From NCBI RefSeq assembly GCF_006345805.1, contig NC_042997.1:121086001-121150000 (forward strand): DNA of 64,000 nt. Reading direction: 5' to 3'. The stretch comes from Octopus sinensis. Its lineage: Eukaryota. The position numbers and the translations under genes are program-made. Under the pieces are notes generated by a model that worked only from the letters and a program-made list of their open reading frames with translations, was not told where the DNA came from and did no database searches. Position 1 is the first letter of the stretch. The number at the start of each line of letters is the position of its first letter. Positions 50,248 through 64,000 of this stretch are shown here, in pieces.

Positions 50248-51989
50248 CTTTCTTTCGTTATTAGCCAGACAGGGCTGAATACAGAGCGGACAAATACAAT
50301 GTAGAACTTTTCTTTGCGAAAGGAAAAAAAGAGGAAAAAAAATCCAATGAAAAGAGATCGTGTAAAAGCAAAAAAAGAAATCCCATCAAAAGGGATCGTG
50401 TATCACAGAACAGAGTAAAAATATAAAAAACAGGTTAGGTTTATCTGTGGAGAGAAAAAGCCTACGAAATAGAACACGGTAGACTCAGGCAGGGACGGAA
50501 AAACACATGAGAGCAAAATGTTCTCTCTCTCTCATTTGGATTTATAGGATACTGCTCAAAGCGGTTTCGTAGTTCGCGCGTACCATCTTTGCTACATTCA
50601 CCCACCTTTTATTGAATCTTTCATGAGACAAAACTTGCCTCTCTATTCTCAGCTTCCCTTTCAAGTGGTACTTGAAAAAGTTCATGAGCAAATAACCAGA
50701 GAAGGAAATGTTTGTCTCTTAACCTTTCACTCGAAACCACCACGCACATTCTTTCACCATGGCCACCAGTACGCTCAAAACTGCCTTGCCTTCCTGGTTA
50801 AGAGTAGATAGCGGGGCAATTTTCACGATAAACACAGTCGACAACCGAATTCGTCCTACACATGAGAGCAACATTTTGGCATAAGCCCACAGGCCCGAAA
50901 TGGTTGGACACTGCCAGAGTGCAGAGAGCAAGTCAGTCCGGTCTATCTCGAACAGTGCCTGTAGAGCTCATCCCGAACGGAAAATGCTTCCGATAGTATT
51001 GCCAGGCCAGGGATCTCTGGTGATTGGTGATTGTCCATAGGTCTCAGCCCGAATGTTTTCCAGAATAGGCGCATCAGGCGCATCGTCGACGCCTAGATTT
51101 TCCACGAGAACGTCGTCGCACCTCCCCTCTACTAATCCTCTATAGAACGCCTTCATGGAATTGAAGACGAACAAGTTTGGTCCCGGAAGGCGACACTCGC
51201 GGTGCCGTTCACCTTGCTTCGGTTTCACACCTGTTCACCGTCGTATATGAAGTGCCGGAGAAGATGCAGTCTCAGCGCATGCCTGCGTATTATCGACCAC
51301 GGCATGCCCAGTCATCGATTTAGCGGATGTTCACAGCAAATGAATCACCTAAACGCCAGAACACTTTCCTTCTACAAAAGGCAGAAGATTATGCGTTCCA
51401 GTTCGGTTTCGAGATGATAGGGTCGGGACAAGGCACGACGGTTCGACGGTAATCGATGACGAATGCGATGTACGTGTTCGCCACCTCGACCAAACCTTTT
51501 AAGGATAGCTTCCTCTCGGCCCATTGCTGGGTGAGAGTGGCCACCTACTCGTTATCTCGTCCCAGTTCTTTTCCATTTGGAGGTCCGGTTCGGTCCGAAC
51601 CAGACTCCGAGCAACTTAACCGGTCCGTCGGTCCGACGCACCATGATGGAGACGCTGTTGGACGGCATAGGCATACTTCCCCAGGTGCCGAGCAGTAAAA
51701 CCACTGACTTTTCCAGGTTAAATTTTGCTCCCCTTAACGCTTTGTATTCTTTTAGTGTCTCGCTGACATGGTCGTTACATCTGTGACTCGACACTATCAC
51801 GGTGAAGTCGTCAGCGTATGGAGACACGCCCCTCCCAGTTCTCGTGGAATGCCCCTCAGCCACGCCAGCTTGCGCAGTAGTGGCTCTAGATTCAATACAT
51901 ACAGAAGCGACGAGAGGGAGCATACTTATCGGACCGAACGTCTGATGTTAAATTGTCTGGAGAGATGACCATTTACGCAAACTGCTGAG
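50248..51989 (-). mobile_element. 5'-truncated, decayed Tx1/L1-clade LINE with 3' UTR
   Basis: VNGHLSRQF..SVR..LLYVLNLEPLLRKL; SPYADDFTVIV..GAKFNLEKS..LGTW; VKLLGVWFG; C-terminal ALWQCP..LW. Confidence 0.9.
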
Positions 51990-52150
<161 letters not shown>

Positions 52151-52609
52151 TGCATACATACATTGACTGATAGATACATATGTATAGCATACGTATGTGT
52201 GTGCGCGTATCTGCTCGTTAGTATGTATAAGTTAGAAAGCGATGAGTGTGCAGATAGAGACAGGTTTTGTTTTTTCTATGCTGATGAAAGGGGTCTATTT
52301 GTCACGAATTCAATCATTTCTTATTCAGGATTTATTCTCTCCTAAAAAAGGTGAGTAAATATACTTCGCTTGCACAGTCTATTTTCTTATCTTGATTATT
52401 GATTATTTCGTATTTTTTCTTTGGCTAAGTGTATATTTGTCATGACGGGAGAAATTGTGACGTAATGAGAAGTACAGTTCATCGATAGGATTGTGAATGA
52501 GACATGCTAAGTGAGCACTGAAAAAACAAAACCGATATGAGTAGTGTGAAAGGTTTCATTAGGTGAACAAGTATTATAGCACAAATACAACTAATATACT
52601 TGCTTGTCA

Positions 52610-53330
52610 CCATTTATGCGTCTGGTTGGATTCGATCACTTTTCTCCAGCGCAATGTTTCATCACATATCAAATCTCTCACAAGTACTTTGGACGTTTCT
52701 GATGCCATTTCATATTACATCTGCTCCACATCGGTACCTGTTTCCTACACTTTCCACTCAATTCGGATGTTCACTACTACATTATTTGATTGGCATTTGT
52801 AATATCTCATGCATGCTCATGTCAGCAAAGTCTTATCTTTTGTGCATTACAACATATTTGTCATATATTCATATTTTCTCTTAACCTATTTCATTTCTGT
52901 CTTTTATGCCCAATAATATTACAAAACCAACGGATTATGCTCGTCTCTTTTCTGCCCAACATCAGCTCTGCTGCTTAAATGAGAAACCACATGTTACGGC
53001 TTATTCAACCGTTCCTATATCATTCTTACACTAGTGACTATGATTTGAGACTATGCCTCTCTACATTTTTCTCAGATTTTGAGATCATGTTGGTAGCAAT
53101 ATCTATCAATTATTTCTATGGTATCTGTCAGATATTTTAAGGAATTGATATCACTTCACCTCATACTGTAAACTTCTGTGCCTCTTCCGTTATATGGAAA
53201 CTATTTTCTCTGTTAAATCGCCTTTGATTCCACTCTGTTTCTTCCAAGTCCATACTTCATACTGTATATACCGAATGGAAAACCTGCCAACTAATTTCCC
53301 GTAAATTCAATATTCATAGTCGCTTTGGGA
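52610..53330 (-). pseudogene. Highly decayed RTE-clade LINE C-terminal fragment
   Basis: SIRY..WTWKKQSGIKGDL; RKETSIIRWFCNI..RLRENM. Confidence 0.65.
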
Positions 53331-54194
53331 GATGACGCTGTTATATGTTGATGCTTGAAATATATCATCACAATGTTTCACCAAGTCTGACCGAAAATTA
53401 TTGGAGTAATTTTAAAAAAGTTAAAACTTTCGAAGCACTAAAGAACAGTTGGCACATGCTAAGTGCCTGCATATGATGTTGAAATATATTTTACCAAGAC
53501 GGTTTTGAAACTAATATCCCCAGACTGTAGTATGCTATGGGAGAAAATGAACAACAGAATTCGTTAACATTTTACGTTAGATTGAATTCAGTGAGTTCTG
53601 TAAATTTATTCGATTCCTTTTGTAAGGGACAGGACACAGAAATCGTATAAATGTTTGCAAGTATTGCTGCTTCTAGTTGAACGAAATATTCTGCATTTTC
53701 CCTTTTCAACTGCCTGTTAAGCAGTGTGAAATAGCGAAGGACTTTATAAGGCTTAACTATTAAACTGTTTCTGCAATCTTAAAATTTCTCTGTTGTAAGC
53801 TTTGTGAGAGACATCATGCTAGGAACAATTTTTGCATTAGGTGCGCAGGAATAAATGCATAAAATATGACGGGGTTATGTAAATTAAGACATTATGCCTA
53901 TGAACATTTATTACATGCAGAATGATTTATGGTTTCATCGTGACATCAGTATAAATTATACCTTAATGCATTACACACTAAAGGAATATCTGCGGAGATA
54001 ATAGAAGGATAAGCAAAAAACAACAACCGCTATTATTGGGAGAAGAGAATAAAAAATAGAATAGTAGGCAAATTCATAGACAAAAATGAAAACTACATGG
54101 AAGATTTTTATCCAAAAGACGTTACGAATAAATGTCGGAGGCATGTTAATAAAATCGACATTATAACACTTTGTGTTGAAGAACTGTTACTGCT

Positions 54195-54530
54195 TATATA
54201 AACTTAGGTATATTTCGGCCGAAAAGTGGCCCGGGCCAAGTATAACTTAATAACGCCACTTAGCATGACCCGACAAGGCATTTTCAAGTTAAGTTTTCTA
54301 GTACCAGGACCCATTTAAGTAGGGCATTGTTGTTTACAGAGGCGTCTTGTCTGGTGTCCTTGAAGAAATTTATCCAGATAACATTTGAAGGTGAAGGTTT
54401 TTTTTTCTTCTTTATTTCTTTTGGAATTATGTTAAATAGAGCAATGCTTGTTAAGGAATGTAATTGTGTTGCTGTGTATTTGTGCGTGATGAACCTCAAG
54501 TGTGTAGGTGACATATGGCAGAGGTCCCGG
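54195..54530 (-). pseudogene. Decayed 3' end of a second CR1-like LINE subfamily
   Basis: ALFNIIPKEI..SVNNNALLKW. Confidence 0.5.
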
Positions 54531-54728
54531 ACATTGATGAATACTTAGTTGGCCAACGCTGGTGGTATTTTCTCCGCATTATGCAAATAAAATAGCACTC
54601 ACGGGGGCCACTGGAAAGAAGCATCGTAATTAATAAAAATCGGTTGACTCACGTACATTCAGTAAGTGGTATTTTGAAAATACATTTTTGAGAGAAATGT
54701 ACATCTTCATTTAAAATAACAGCAAGAT

Positions 54729-55100
54729 GCAGGAGTGGCAGTGATGCAACAAGTTTGCATTCCAGCCACATGGATCCAGTCAAGCAGTGTGGAAATCAGG
54801 CGTCTCCAACTTTACCCTCTAGCTACCTAAAGCATTGTAAGTGGATCTGGTAGATGGAAATTGAAAGAAACCTGTCATATATGAATGCGTATGTGTGTCT
54901 GTCTGTTTGTCCCTGCCACCGCTTGATAACACCGGCGTTGGTGTGCTTATCTTCGCCTAAATTAACGGTTCGTCAAAAGTGATGGACAGAGTAACTAGCA
55001 AGATTAAAATTATTGATGTCCATTTTCTCATATAAAAATTCTTTAAGGCGACACTCCGGCATCTCAACAATCTAATGATTGAAATGACTAAAAGATTAAA
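54729..55100 (+). mobile_element. Very old SINE A copy
   Basis: GCAGGAGTGGC..GTGGATCTGGTAGATGGAAATTGAAAGAA..GCTTGATAAC. Confidence 0.7.
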
Positions 55101-56524
55101 TTGGAGTTGATAAGCAAAGTCATTACAAGTTCTGTTGGCAAAATACATTAAAAACACCACATTTACGTAGAGAGATGAAATCACAAACAATTATAAATAA
55201 GGGCAAAAGAAAAAATGTTCTATGCCAATATGATCAATATTCTTCGATTTATTCTTATCATGTTTCTCGCCGATGAAAGAAGATTCCTTTTCGATTAATC
55301 GAGGAATCGGTCCGATTCGGGAATTTTAAAACTTTCTCTTAACTTGCTTTCCTCGTTTCAACAAGCTGTGTATATATAGTGAAAAAATATTGTATGTGGT
55401 TAGACGATCTAAAGTCTATTTTTCAGTATATTTTGAAGTGAATTGTTTTCCCTTGTTTATAATTGTTTATAATTTTCACCTTAAAAGGTATTTTAACATG
55501 CTGGCCAATGATATTCTTTAAAAAAAATGTATCCTTATATTAAAAATAAATATATTAACATTCACTTCGGGACTGGTCATCACTTGATGTGATTTCCCTG
55601 ACAGTCTACGTCTAAGCTGCGGTTTACTATAGAATTTCTGCTTAGATATATATTGAAGTTACTTAAATATACCCATGACTTTGCACCTGCTTTTCCGTGA
55701 CGAAGGAAGAGTACTTTTGGATTAACGCAGAAATCGCTCCGATTCCGGAATAACGAATTTTAAAATAATTGCTAATATTATACAATTAACTAATAAGACA
55801 TATTTTTCCTTAATAAAGTATGTTTGGTGCGCATTATACTTCCTTAACAGGGAATGTGTTGCGTAAATAAATGCTGAGCATCAGCTTTACGAGTATAAAC
55901 GTCTTGCTTCAAAAACACGATGTGGATGTGACGACGCAAAGGTCATTTGTAATGTTTACAAATGACAAAAACGATTTATCACCAAAAACACAAAAATGAA
56001 TATGAATGAATTAATTTGGAGAAAAATCGTTTTCCGTACACATAGGCGTGGTTTATTATAAATAACACTTGCTAACAGTGAATCCATCACTTCCTAGCAA
56101 TATCTGAAGAAGAAATTTTTATATTCCGAAATATTATCTTAGACTATGAACAATTAAATTATCTATAAAAGTTATAGTCCACTCTGCATTGTTGTGTCAT
56201 TCCAGACACGTTGCATTAAAAAAAAAAATTACAATGCTTCCAGCGAACTACAGTACCTTCTTAACTACAATGATTGAACAAGAATATATTTCATGCTTAT
56301 CTTTTGAAGGTGATTTGTGCAGATCTGCTCGATTTAAGTGTTATGAGAATTATCATTAAAAGTTGTACGAGCAACATAAAGGAGCACTCTATAAATTATA
56401 TACAACAGAAAATTGGAGCAAAATAAAATGTCAATAAGTGTAAAAGAACAAGATATACAAACACAATAAGTGTTACTGAAATAGCCATATATCAAAGTTC
56501 ACCAAGTAAATAATCATTTCCGTT

Positions 56525-56723
56525 AAAAGCACAAGGCCTGGAATTGGGGGCGAAGTGCAAGTCGATTTCATTGACCCCAGTGCGTAACTAGTAATTATTT
56601 CATCGATCCCGATGAGCTAAAAGACAAAATCGACATCGGCGGAATTTGAACTCAGAACACGAAGACTGACGAAATACCAAAAATAATTTTTCTCGGTGTG
56701 CAAACGATTCTGTCAGTTCGCTG
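56525..56723 (-). mobile_element. SINE family B (alternative tail)
   Basis: GCACAAGGCCTGGAATT..GACCCCAGTGCG..CGGCGGAATTTGAACTCAGAAC. Confidence 0.8.
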
Positions 56724-56937
56724 AATGTTATGTTTGATTCGATCAGTAAATCTCTCGTCATGTATTTAGTTTAACTAAATAAGTAGCTTCGTTCGATGAC
56801 GATATTTTGTAAAGCAAGAGAGATCAAAATATAACAGTAAGGAAAGCTGCAATGGTTTTGAAAATTGTAAGATTCGTAGCATACAGCTGTTTCGGTCTCT
56901 TCGCTTTACGCTGCAATGTCTTCTAACTGCAATGTTC

Positions 56938-57003
56938 ATGATTCCTTGTAAGTTCGAGATGCCAATGGAGATGATTCCTTGTAAGTTCGAGATGCCAATG
57001 GAG
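56938..57003 (+). repeat. Perfect 33-bp tandem duplication
   Basis: ATGATTCCTTGTAAGTTCGAGATGCCAATGGAG x2. Confidence 0.95.
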
Positions 57004-58488
57004 ACTCATATTTCCAAAATCAGGGCCTATAATAGTCGGCATAGATGCTGGTACGACCGTTGCAGTGGCTTAATCTAGTTGCCACGTGACTCTTTTGTGC
57101 CAGTCTGTAGGAGTAACTAAATAGTTAATCGCCTTTTCCTCCTTTACATTCTTTGGAGAAGTCTAATATTCGGGTCAGCACCCACCTGAAGTACTCGATT
57201 CCGTTTCCATTGAATAAATACCGTTTGTTGATTCAAGTTCAGATATAATAACCGGTAGATCAGCAATAGATATAAGTTTAAGAGAAGGACTGCTTCCATG
57301 AAGCAGACCTACAGATAATGCTGGTAAGAAGGTCAGTATAATTCAGGCATCAATCGATAACAGTAATTTTAAGCAGTATGTCCAATTTTGTGAGTGTGAG
57401 ATGAATTTACTATGATGCGGGAATGGAGTCCTTTTCATTAATAACATGCTGCACGCAACAGATGTAAAAATTCAGAATAGTGTAATAGGTGACCTCTTGT
57501 GGCCATCTATGGTAATTACTATTAAAAATGGCATAATATTTATAAGGGCAAAATGTCATGCGATAGAGGAGAGATAATGTCTTACAAAGTTTATTTTAGG
57601 AATGTGTTCTTTCGAAATTAAGCGAAATATTTATTATTGGAGATGATTTAAATATTTTTAGGATATATAACTTTATTATTCATTCAACCTTCTTGCAGTC
57701 TTTATAGAAACCACAGCTAATGGAACTTAATTCGAGATGTACAGCTAAACATATATTTCATTTCCTTTTACTCTGGGAGAAACTTCGTCAAATTGTATGA
57801 AGATTAATAATATGAACGAGTGCACAATTTACAGTTAGTAACTAATTCAGCCTAAACTAACATTAAATACAAAGGCCATTGTTGCATGAAACCTTAAAAC
57901 TGAATAGCCTTACAGCTTACAGTACTGTAACACTTTGACACTCGTTGCATTAACAATATTTCAGCTTCGAACGGAAACACTATAATACGTTAGATTCAAT
58001 AAGAGAAGCGTACTAAGCAGAATGAATACATTTCGAATCTGATCTAGAGATGTTTACTTATATTCCTTTATTTCTTTTCATGCTGTTCTTAGTGAAACTG
58101 TAATTCACAAATAAACTCTGTAACACATTTTCCTCTGCACATGTTTTTCGATGAAAATATTGCCTGAATAAATGTTTAAACTAATATCCACAATCAGGTA
58201 TATTAATTTTAAAAAACGTTCTCCGGAATTATAAAAATTAAGAACAATTAACCTGCTATAAACGCGCACTATATGATGAGAAACTTAGCTGTGAAATCAT
58301 TTCGTAATATGTTTGATATCACTGCTGGGAACATTGAAGACGTGTATAAGTGCAATCCATTATCAACATACATCGTGTTTATACGTTAGAAGCAGAAAGG
58401 AGATTGTGTGAAGGCTCAGTTTCTTACTAGCATATCATGCTCACTACTAATATAAATACCTCATATATATCTATATATATGTGTATAT

Positions 58489-58560
<72 letters not shown>

Positions 58561-58595
58561 ATATATGTGTATGTGTGTATGTATATGTATATGTG

Positions 58596-58644
<49 letters not shown>

Positions 58645-59303
58645 GTATGTATGTATGTATTATGTATATGGGGAGAAGATTATTTCTCAAAGAGTGAAAA
58701 TCTTTTGCTCCTATTATAGGCACTGCAGAATTTTCTTAGGCAGTTCGAAAAGCTTGTTTCCTTTTCAGGAAGGGTATTTTCACGAAGCATATCTATATAA
58801 GTTGTTGAGCAGCTCATTCCATTTCCTACAAAAAAAAGTTGTTTTACTTTGTTCGTTGACGTTTCTGATAGTCGCCGTATCTCTTGCTTCATATAAATTG
58901 CTTTTCACAGTAGAGGACTTGTTATTTTGCGCATTGGCAGGAGAATGATCTTCGCAGTTACACTTGGCCGAAAATTTAAGGTAAATATGCATATACGGGG
59001 ATTAGGTTTAACATTGGGAAGCTAGGACAACTTTAGACACGTTTCTGTTATCTTAAGTGACATGAGTGGAGTCTAAATAACGCTATCGATATTGAATCAC
59101 AAAACGACTTGCAGAGTGCATAAACTATCATAATATTTCAGTGATTAACAAATTTGAAACAATGCCATTCGAAAATACTGGCTGATACAAACATGTTGAC
59201 TTAAACAGTAGGAACAATGTCAATAATAATGTGCAAATTGAGACTATCTGACTACATAATATACATACATGTATGTATGTATACATGTATGTATGTATGT
59301 ATG

Positions 59304-59348
<45 letters not shown>

Positions 59349-59403
59349 GTATATACATGTATATATGTATGTACATACATGTATATCTATATATGAATAT
59401 ATA

Positions 59404-59459
<56 letters not shown>

Positions 59460-59473
59460 ATATATATATATAC

Positions 59474-59506
<33 letters not shown>

Positions 59507-59633
59507 GGTATATATATATGTGTGTGTATTGATTTTATATATATTATACGTGCATGTATATATGTATTTGTCTAAATATATGCATATACGTCCGTATACA
59601 TATATATATATATATATACACGGACACACACAG

Positions 59634-59663
<30 letters not shown>

Positions 59664-59665
<2 letters not shown>

Positions 59666-59889
59666 TTCTTTATTGCCCACAGGGGCTAAATATAGAGAGT
59701 ACAAACAAGGACAGACAAAGGGATTAAGTCGATTATATCGACCCAGTGCGAAACTGGTACTTTATTTATCGACCCCGAGAGGATGAAAGGCAAAGTCAAC
59801 CCCGGCAGAATTTGAACTCAGAACGTAACGACAGACGAAATACCGCTAAGCATTTCGTCCGGCGCGCTAACGTTTCTGCCAGCTCGCCG
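59664..59889 (-). mobile_element. SINE family B, full length, within (TA)n
   Basis: Homology to 44140-44352. Confidence 0.92.
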
Positions 59890-60594
59890 TATATATATAT
59901 ATATACATATACTTGTGTACATGTGTGCGTGCGCATGCGTGTGTGTGTTTTTGTGCATACAGTGATGAATAGTATCTTCAAGAGATTATTATGTCTCAGA
60001 ATTAATCCTCAGCTTGTACAACTCACTTTCATAGAAAACACAAATTCTGTCAGTTCGATCATTTTTATCGATATATATATATATATATCACCATTTGTGT
60101 CTACATTGTTTCCGTGAGAATAATTTTCTTATTACTTGATTGATTTATTGATAATTTTCTTCATTTACTATTGTTTACAATAGAAAAGAATTAATATTTG
60201 CCAATAAAATCATGATACAATATTTGCGTTCGAAAAGATATTTATATTGAATGAATAAATTATAAGAAACAGAATTGTCGATTGTAGACGTAACAGTGAA
60301 GATATCTAAAATAGATTTTTGGAAACAGAAAAAATATATTACTGTATATCATTAATTGACCAAAATCTCTGATATAGTTTTAGTCTTCGCGATATAATTA
60401 GAATCACTACCATAAGGAGTTTAAACGTTTTGATTTTCATATATTGTGTTTCTTTTTTATATAATTAAACACAAGTCCCGGACTTAAATAAATCTCAGTT
60501 GCTTATTGAAGAAAATTAAAACTCTGGTAACAAATCACCCAAGAGGTAAATATAAAATAAAGATGAAAACAAATTATTTCTTAATATTATCGGA

Positions 60595-60699
60595 GTTTAC
60601 GATAGCACCGGTTCTCGTCCGATCACCGAAGTTAAACAACGTCAAGCCTAGTTAGTACTTAGGTGGGTGACCGCTTGGGAAATTTAGGTGCTGTAAGCG
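60595..60699 (+). pseudogene. 5S rRNA pseudogene (about 15 nt deleted near the 5' end)
   Basis: CACCGGTTCTCGTCCGATCACCGAAGTTAA..GTTAGTACTT..TGGGTGACCGCTTGGGAA..GGTGCTGTAAGC; terminal stem GTTTACG/TGTAAGC. Confidence 0.92.
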
Positions 60700-60712
60700 T
60701 CACACATTTTAT

Positions 60713-61125
60713 AGGCGTGGGAGTGGCTGTGTGGTAAGTAGCTTGCTTGCGAATCACGTGGTTCCACTTTCAGTCCCACTGTGTGGCACTTTGGGCAAGT
60801 TTCTTCTACTATAGCCTCGGGCTGACCAAAGCCTTGTAAGTGGATTTGCTAGACGGAAACTGAAAGAAGCCCGTCGTATATATGTATATATATATATGTG
60901 TGTGTGTGTGAGAGAGTTTTTATGTGTCTGTGTTTCTCCCCACTAATATCGCTTGACAACCGAAGCTGGTGTGTTTACGTGACCGTAGCTTGGCGGTTCG
61001 GCAAAAGAGACCGATAGAAGAAGTACTAGACTTACAAACACTAAGTCCTTCGATCGATTTGCACGATTAAAGGCGGTGCTCCAGCATGGCTACACTCAAA
61101 TGACTGAAACAATTAAAAGAGTAAA
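60713..61125 (+). mobile_element. SINE family A, full length
   Basis: Homology to 15774-16197. Confidence 0.9.
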
Positions 61126-62218
61126 CAGTTGTGTTCATTCGACATAATAGCATCACAAGCAATGCAATGCTACTATATTGGCTTAACGTTAAAATGTTCA
61201 GTAAGATATGTTTCAACATGTTGGACATCGTCGTTGAAATTAAGCAATACAAACGTTTATACGAATGACAAAGTATTTTGACCAACACGCATAACAATGT
61301 TATGTAATGCCTTAAAATATATTGGTGTATTATTTATAGAAACTTCAGTAAATTTCCATTGATTCCTGTGATGCCGAAATCAGATTTGCGGACGAAGTGC
61401 TCACATTATTACTCTGTTCATTATACGAGTGACCGAAATAGTTACCTCAGCTAATGCAAACATTGATCCATTGTCGTAATCAAATATTATTGATTAATGC
61501 TTATTTAATGTGTGTGGCAACGTTCTTAATATAAATATGTTTATAGATTTACATTAGTGGTTGCGTTGTCTGCACAAATACATCTCAGATGTGGAGCGAA
61601 TTAACCTTTGGAAGGTGTACAGTGATATTGCGTATTTCATTAAGATGTAATTTAATAAATATCAATATCGTAGGAAAATAAATATATTATTCATCCTTGA
61701 TTATGACATAACATTGCTTTTGTTATTACCACAACTAATTTTACGGAAATATATTGGGTATGTTGAAATCGATATAATTTATTAGGTGCATATATATCAG
61801 AAATGAAGGCAAGTACTACGTGTATGAGTGTGTTTATGTATGTGTGTATGTATGTATGTATGTATGTATGTATGTATGTATGTGTGTGTATTTGTATGTG
61901 TGTATGTATGTATGTCATTGTTCAGTTTTATTTTAAGATTTTTTGCCAATAGAGAAAGAGTCGGTTTCTAACCTAGATCCAAAGCTTCTTCATTGGAATG
62001 TCAGCATCAACAACAGGGTATTTGTGTTTGTATGTATATATGTATATATGCATGTATGTATGTATATATGTATGAATATGTGCAGCTTTGTATGTTTTGC
62101 TTTATGTGTGTATCCTCATGCATGTAGTTGCATATCTAGACATGAGCATATATATTTTGTATATATGTATGCGCATATATATTTTGTATATGTATGTATA
62201 GATATATTTTGTATATGC

Positions 62219-62270
<52 letters not shown>

Positions 62271-62296
62271 GAGAGATTAGAATGACAAGGACTACA

Positions 62297-62452
<156 letters not shown>

Positions 62453-62921
62453 AACATGGTATAACTGAATGACTACACCCAAGATGTTGCACATTTTTTT
62501 TCTCCATTAATTTCTAAATGACCTTTTACCTGCCATTCCAAAATATCACGGTTATTTCCGACAGCTCCATACATTGAAGGTTCAAATCCAGCTGAATTTA
62601 GTCCTTGCCTTACTTCCACCGGTTGTAAATAAATCAAAAATTCCAGTCAACTAACTGGAATTGCCTCAACCCAATAACCAATTCCTCTAATACTGCTGTA
62701 CTTGTATGCTTAAATACGAAACAACTGCATCGTCCATCCGCTCTCCCTCTTCTATTTCTCAACACAAATTGCTTTACATTCATGTTTGCTTTCCTTTCAA
62801 ATTTCATCTTTCTAATACCAACCAATCTTTACTGATATAGATTCTCTAAAATCTCATGCCATGTCGCCTCCCCTTATTCTCTCGCACATTGTATTTACAT
62901 GCAATATTGTGTATGTATATA

Positions 62922-62964
<43 letters not shown>

Positions 62965-62966
<2 letters not shown>

Positions 62967-63191
62967 GAGTAAACACATAAATGTGAAACAAGGTGGAAAA
63001 AAGAGTACTCAAATACCAGTGGTAGAGTAATATGCTTTATTTTAAGCAGCAGAAAATTCAACAAAATCTGTTACTCTGAGTTTCTCGTTGCCGTTCATCA
63101 GACAGTTTTTGCTAGAAAAAACTGTCTGATGAACGGCAACGAGAACTCAGAGTAACAGATTTTGTTGAATTTTCTGCTGCTTAAAATAAAG
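62965..63191. mobile_element. (TA)n-flanked fold-back PLE-terminal-like element with hammerhead motif (minus strand, 63068-63105)
   Basis: Near-perfect arms 63035-63110 and 63116-63191; minus strand CTGT-CTGATGA-ACGGCAACGA-GAAACTCAGAGTA-ACAG, then AATAAA. Confidence 0.8.
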
Positions 63192-64000
63192 TATATATAT
63201 ATATATATATATGCATATCCATACATATATGTGTGTGTATGTATGTATATTATACATTATACATTATATACATGTATATGTTGCATTATATATATGCATG
63301 TATGTATATGTATCCTTTTGCCTATTGACATCTTTTCCTTTCATTTCTAATATCTACCTACGTCAATTAATGTTATCCCATACGTTTCAACTCAACTGAC
63401 CTTAATTTTAATACAACCTTTAGTTTCCATACCCTTGTCCTTTACTTCTCTCATAATATATATCTGCTTCACTGCTCACATCTTTCCTAATACACACAAA
63501 ATTCCATACACGCTATTTCCCTCCCTCTTTACATCTTCTTATATCCATCTCCATTATCCCATTACTTCCATATTCTTATCAGCAATTTCATGCCTTAGGC
63601 AATAAAATTTGTATATTTTATCTTTCCAAAGAACAACATGTCCGAAAAGATAGATTTTAATTTTGATGACAAATGTATTAACTGAAAGTATTTACGATCT
63701 CTAAAGCCTGCCGCCGCAGCCCCAAACCAATTAATTCAAAGTCCAGTCTTAATCTATTTTTTAATATGTTTACTGTTGTGGAGAAGAGTGAAAGGCAGAA
63801 ACGGTAGAGCAACACATTAAATATCAAGCGTTAATTAATTTCCTCACTTACGCTTTGCGTTCAGATCCCTCAAATATTGATTTTGCAATCGATCGTCAAC
63901 TATTAGAATCGGTTAAATTGACTAGAAATATGCCCATCAACGCATGAATTTATCCCTATATTTCCAGTCGGTAAACCATGCTTCATGATTTAAAAATTAA

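Noticed and set aside
56938-57325. Protein-like stretch ending at a GTAAG donor-like site
   Set aside because: In-frame stops on both strands and no recognisable motif
63400-63620. Possible very old RTE RT remnant on the minus strand
   Set aside because: Similarity too faint to support by eye

Overview
AT-rich eukaryotic intronic or intergenic DNA, very likely from an octopus or related coleoid cephalopod (inferred from the SINE families and microsatellite load). I find no intact protein-coding gene; most listed ORFs are microsatellite or SINE artefacts. The window is a mosaic of: three recurrent tRNA-derived SINE families (labelled A, B, C here) plus one further SINE-like fragment; decayed CR1-like, RTE and Tx1/L1 LINE fragments; hAT, mariner and maT transposase relics; non-autonomous Helitrons; a 5S rRNA pseudogene; and many short Penelope-like (PLE) pieces nested in (TA)n tracts. 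The strongest signal is a set of sequence-unrelated minimal type I hammerhead-ribozyme motifs in the TA-nested elements. They include C3:G8, U3:A8 and G3:C8 core pairings. One sits in a terminally redundant ~363-bp retrozyme-like unit and two sit in fold-back palindromes. A ~500-nt G:U-rich rod lies in another TA-flanked segment. Two SINE-LINE 3'-tail partnerships (SINE A with CR1-like, SINE B with Tx1-like) are also visible. All calls were made by eye; family names and boundaries are approximate and no ribozyme activity has been tested.
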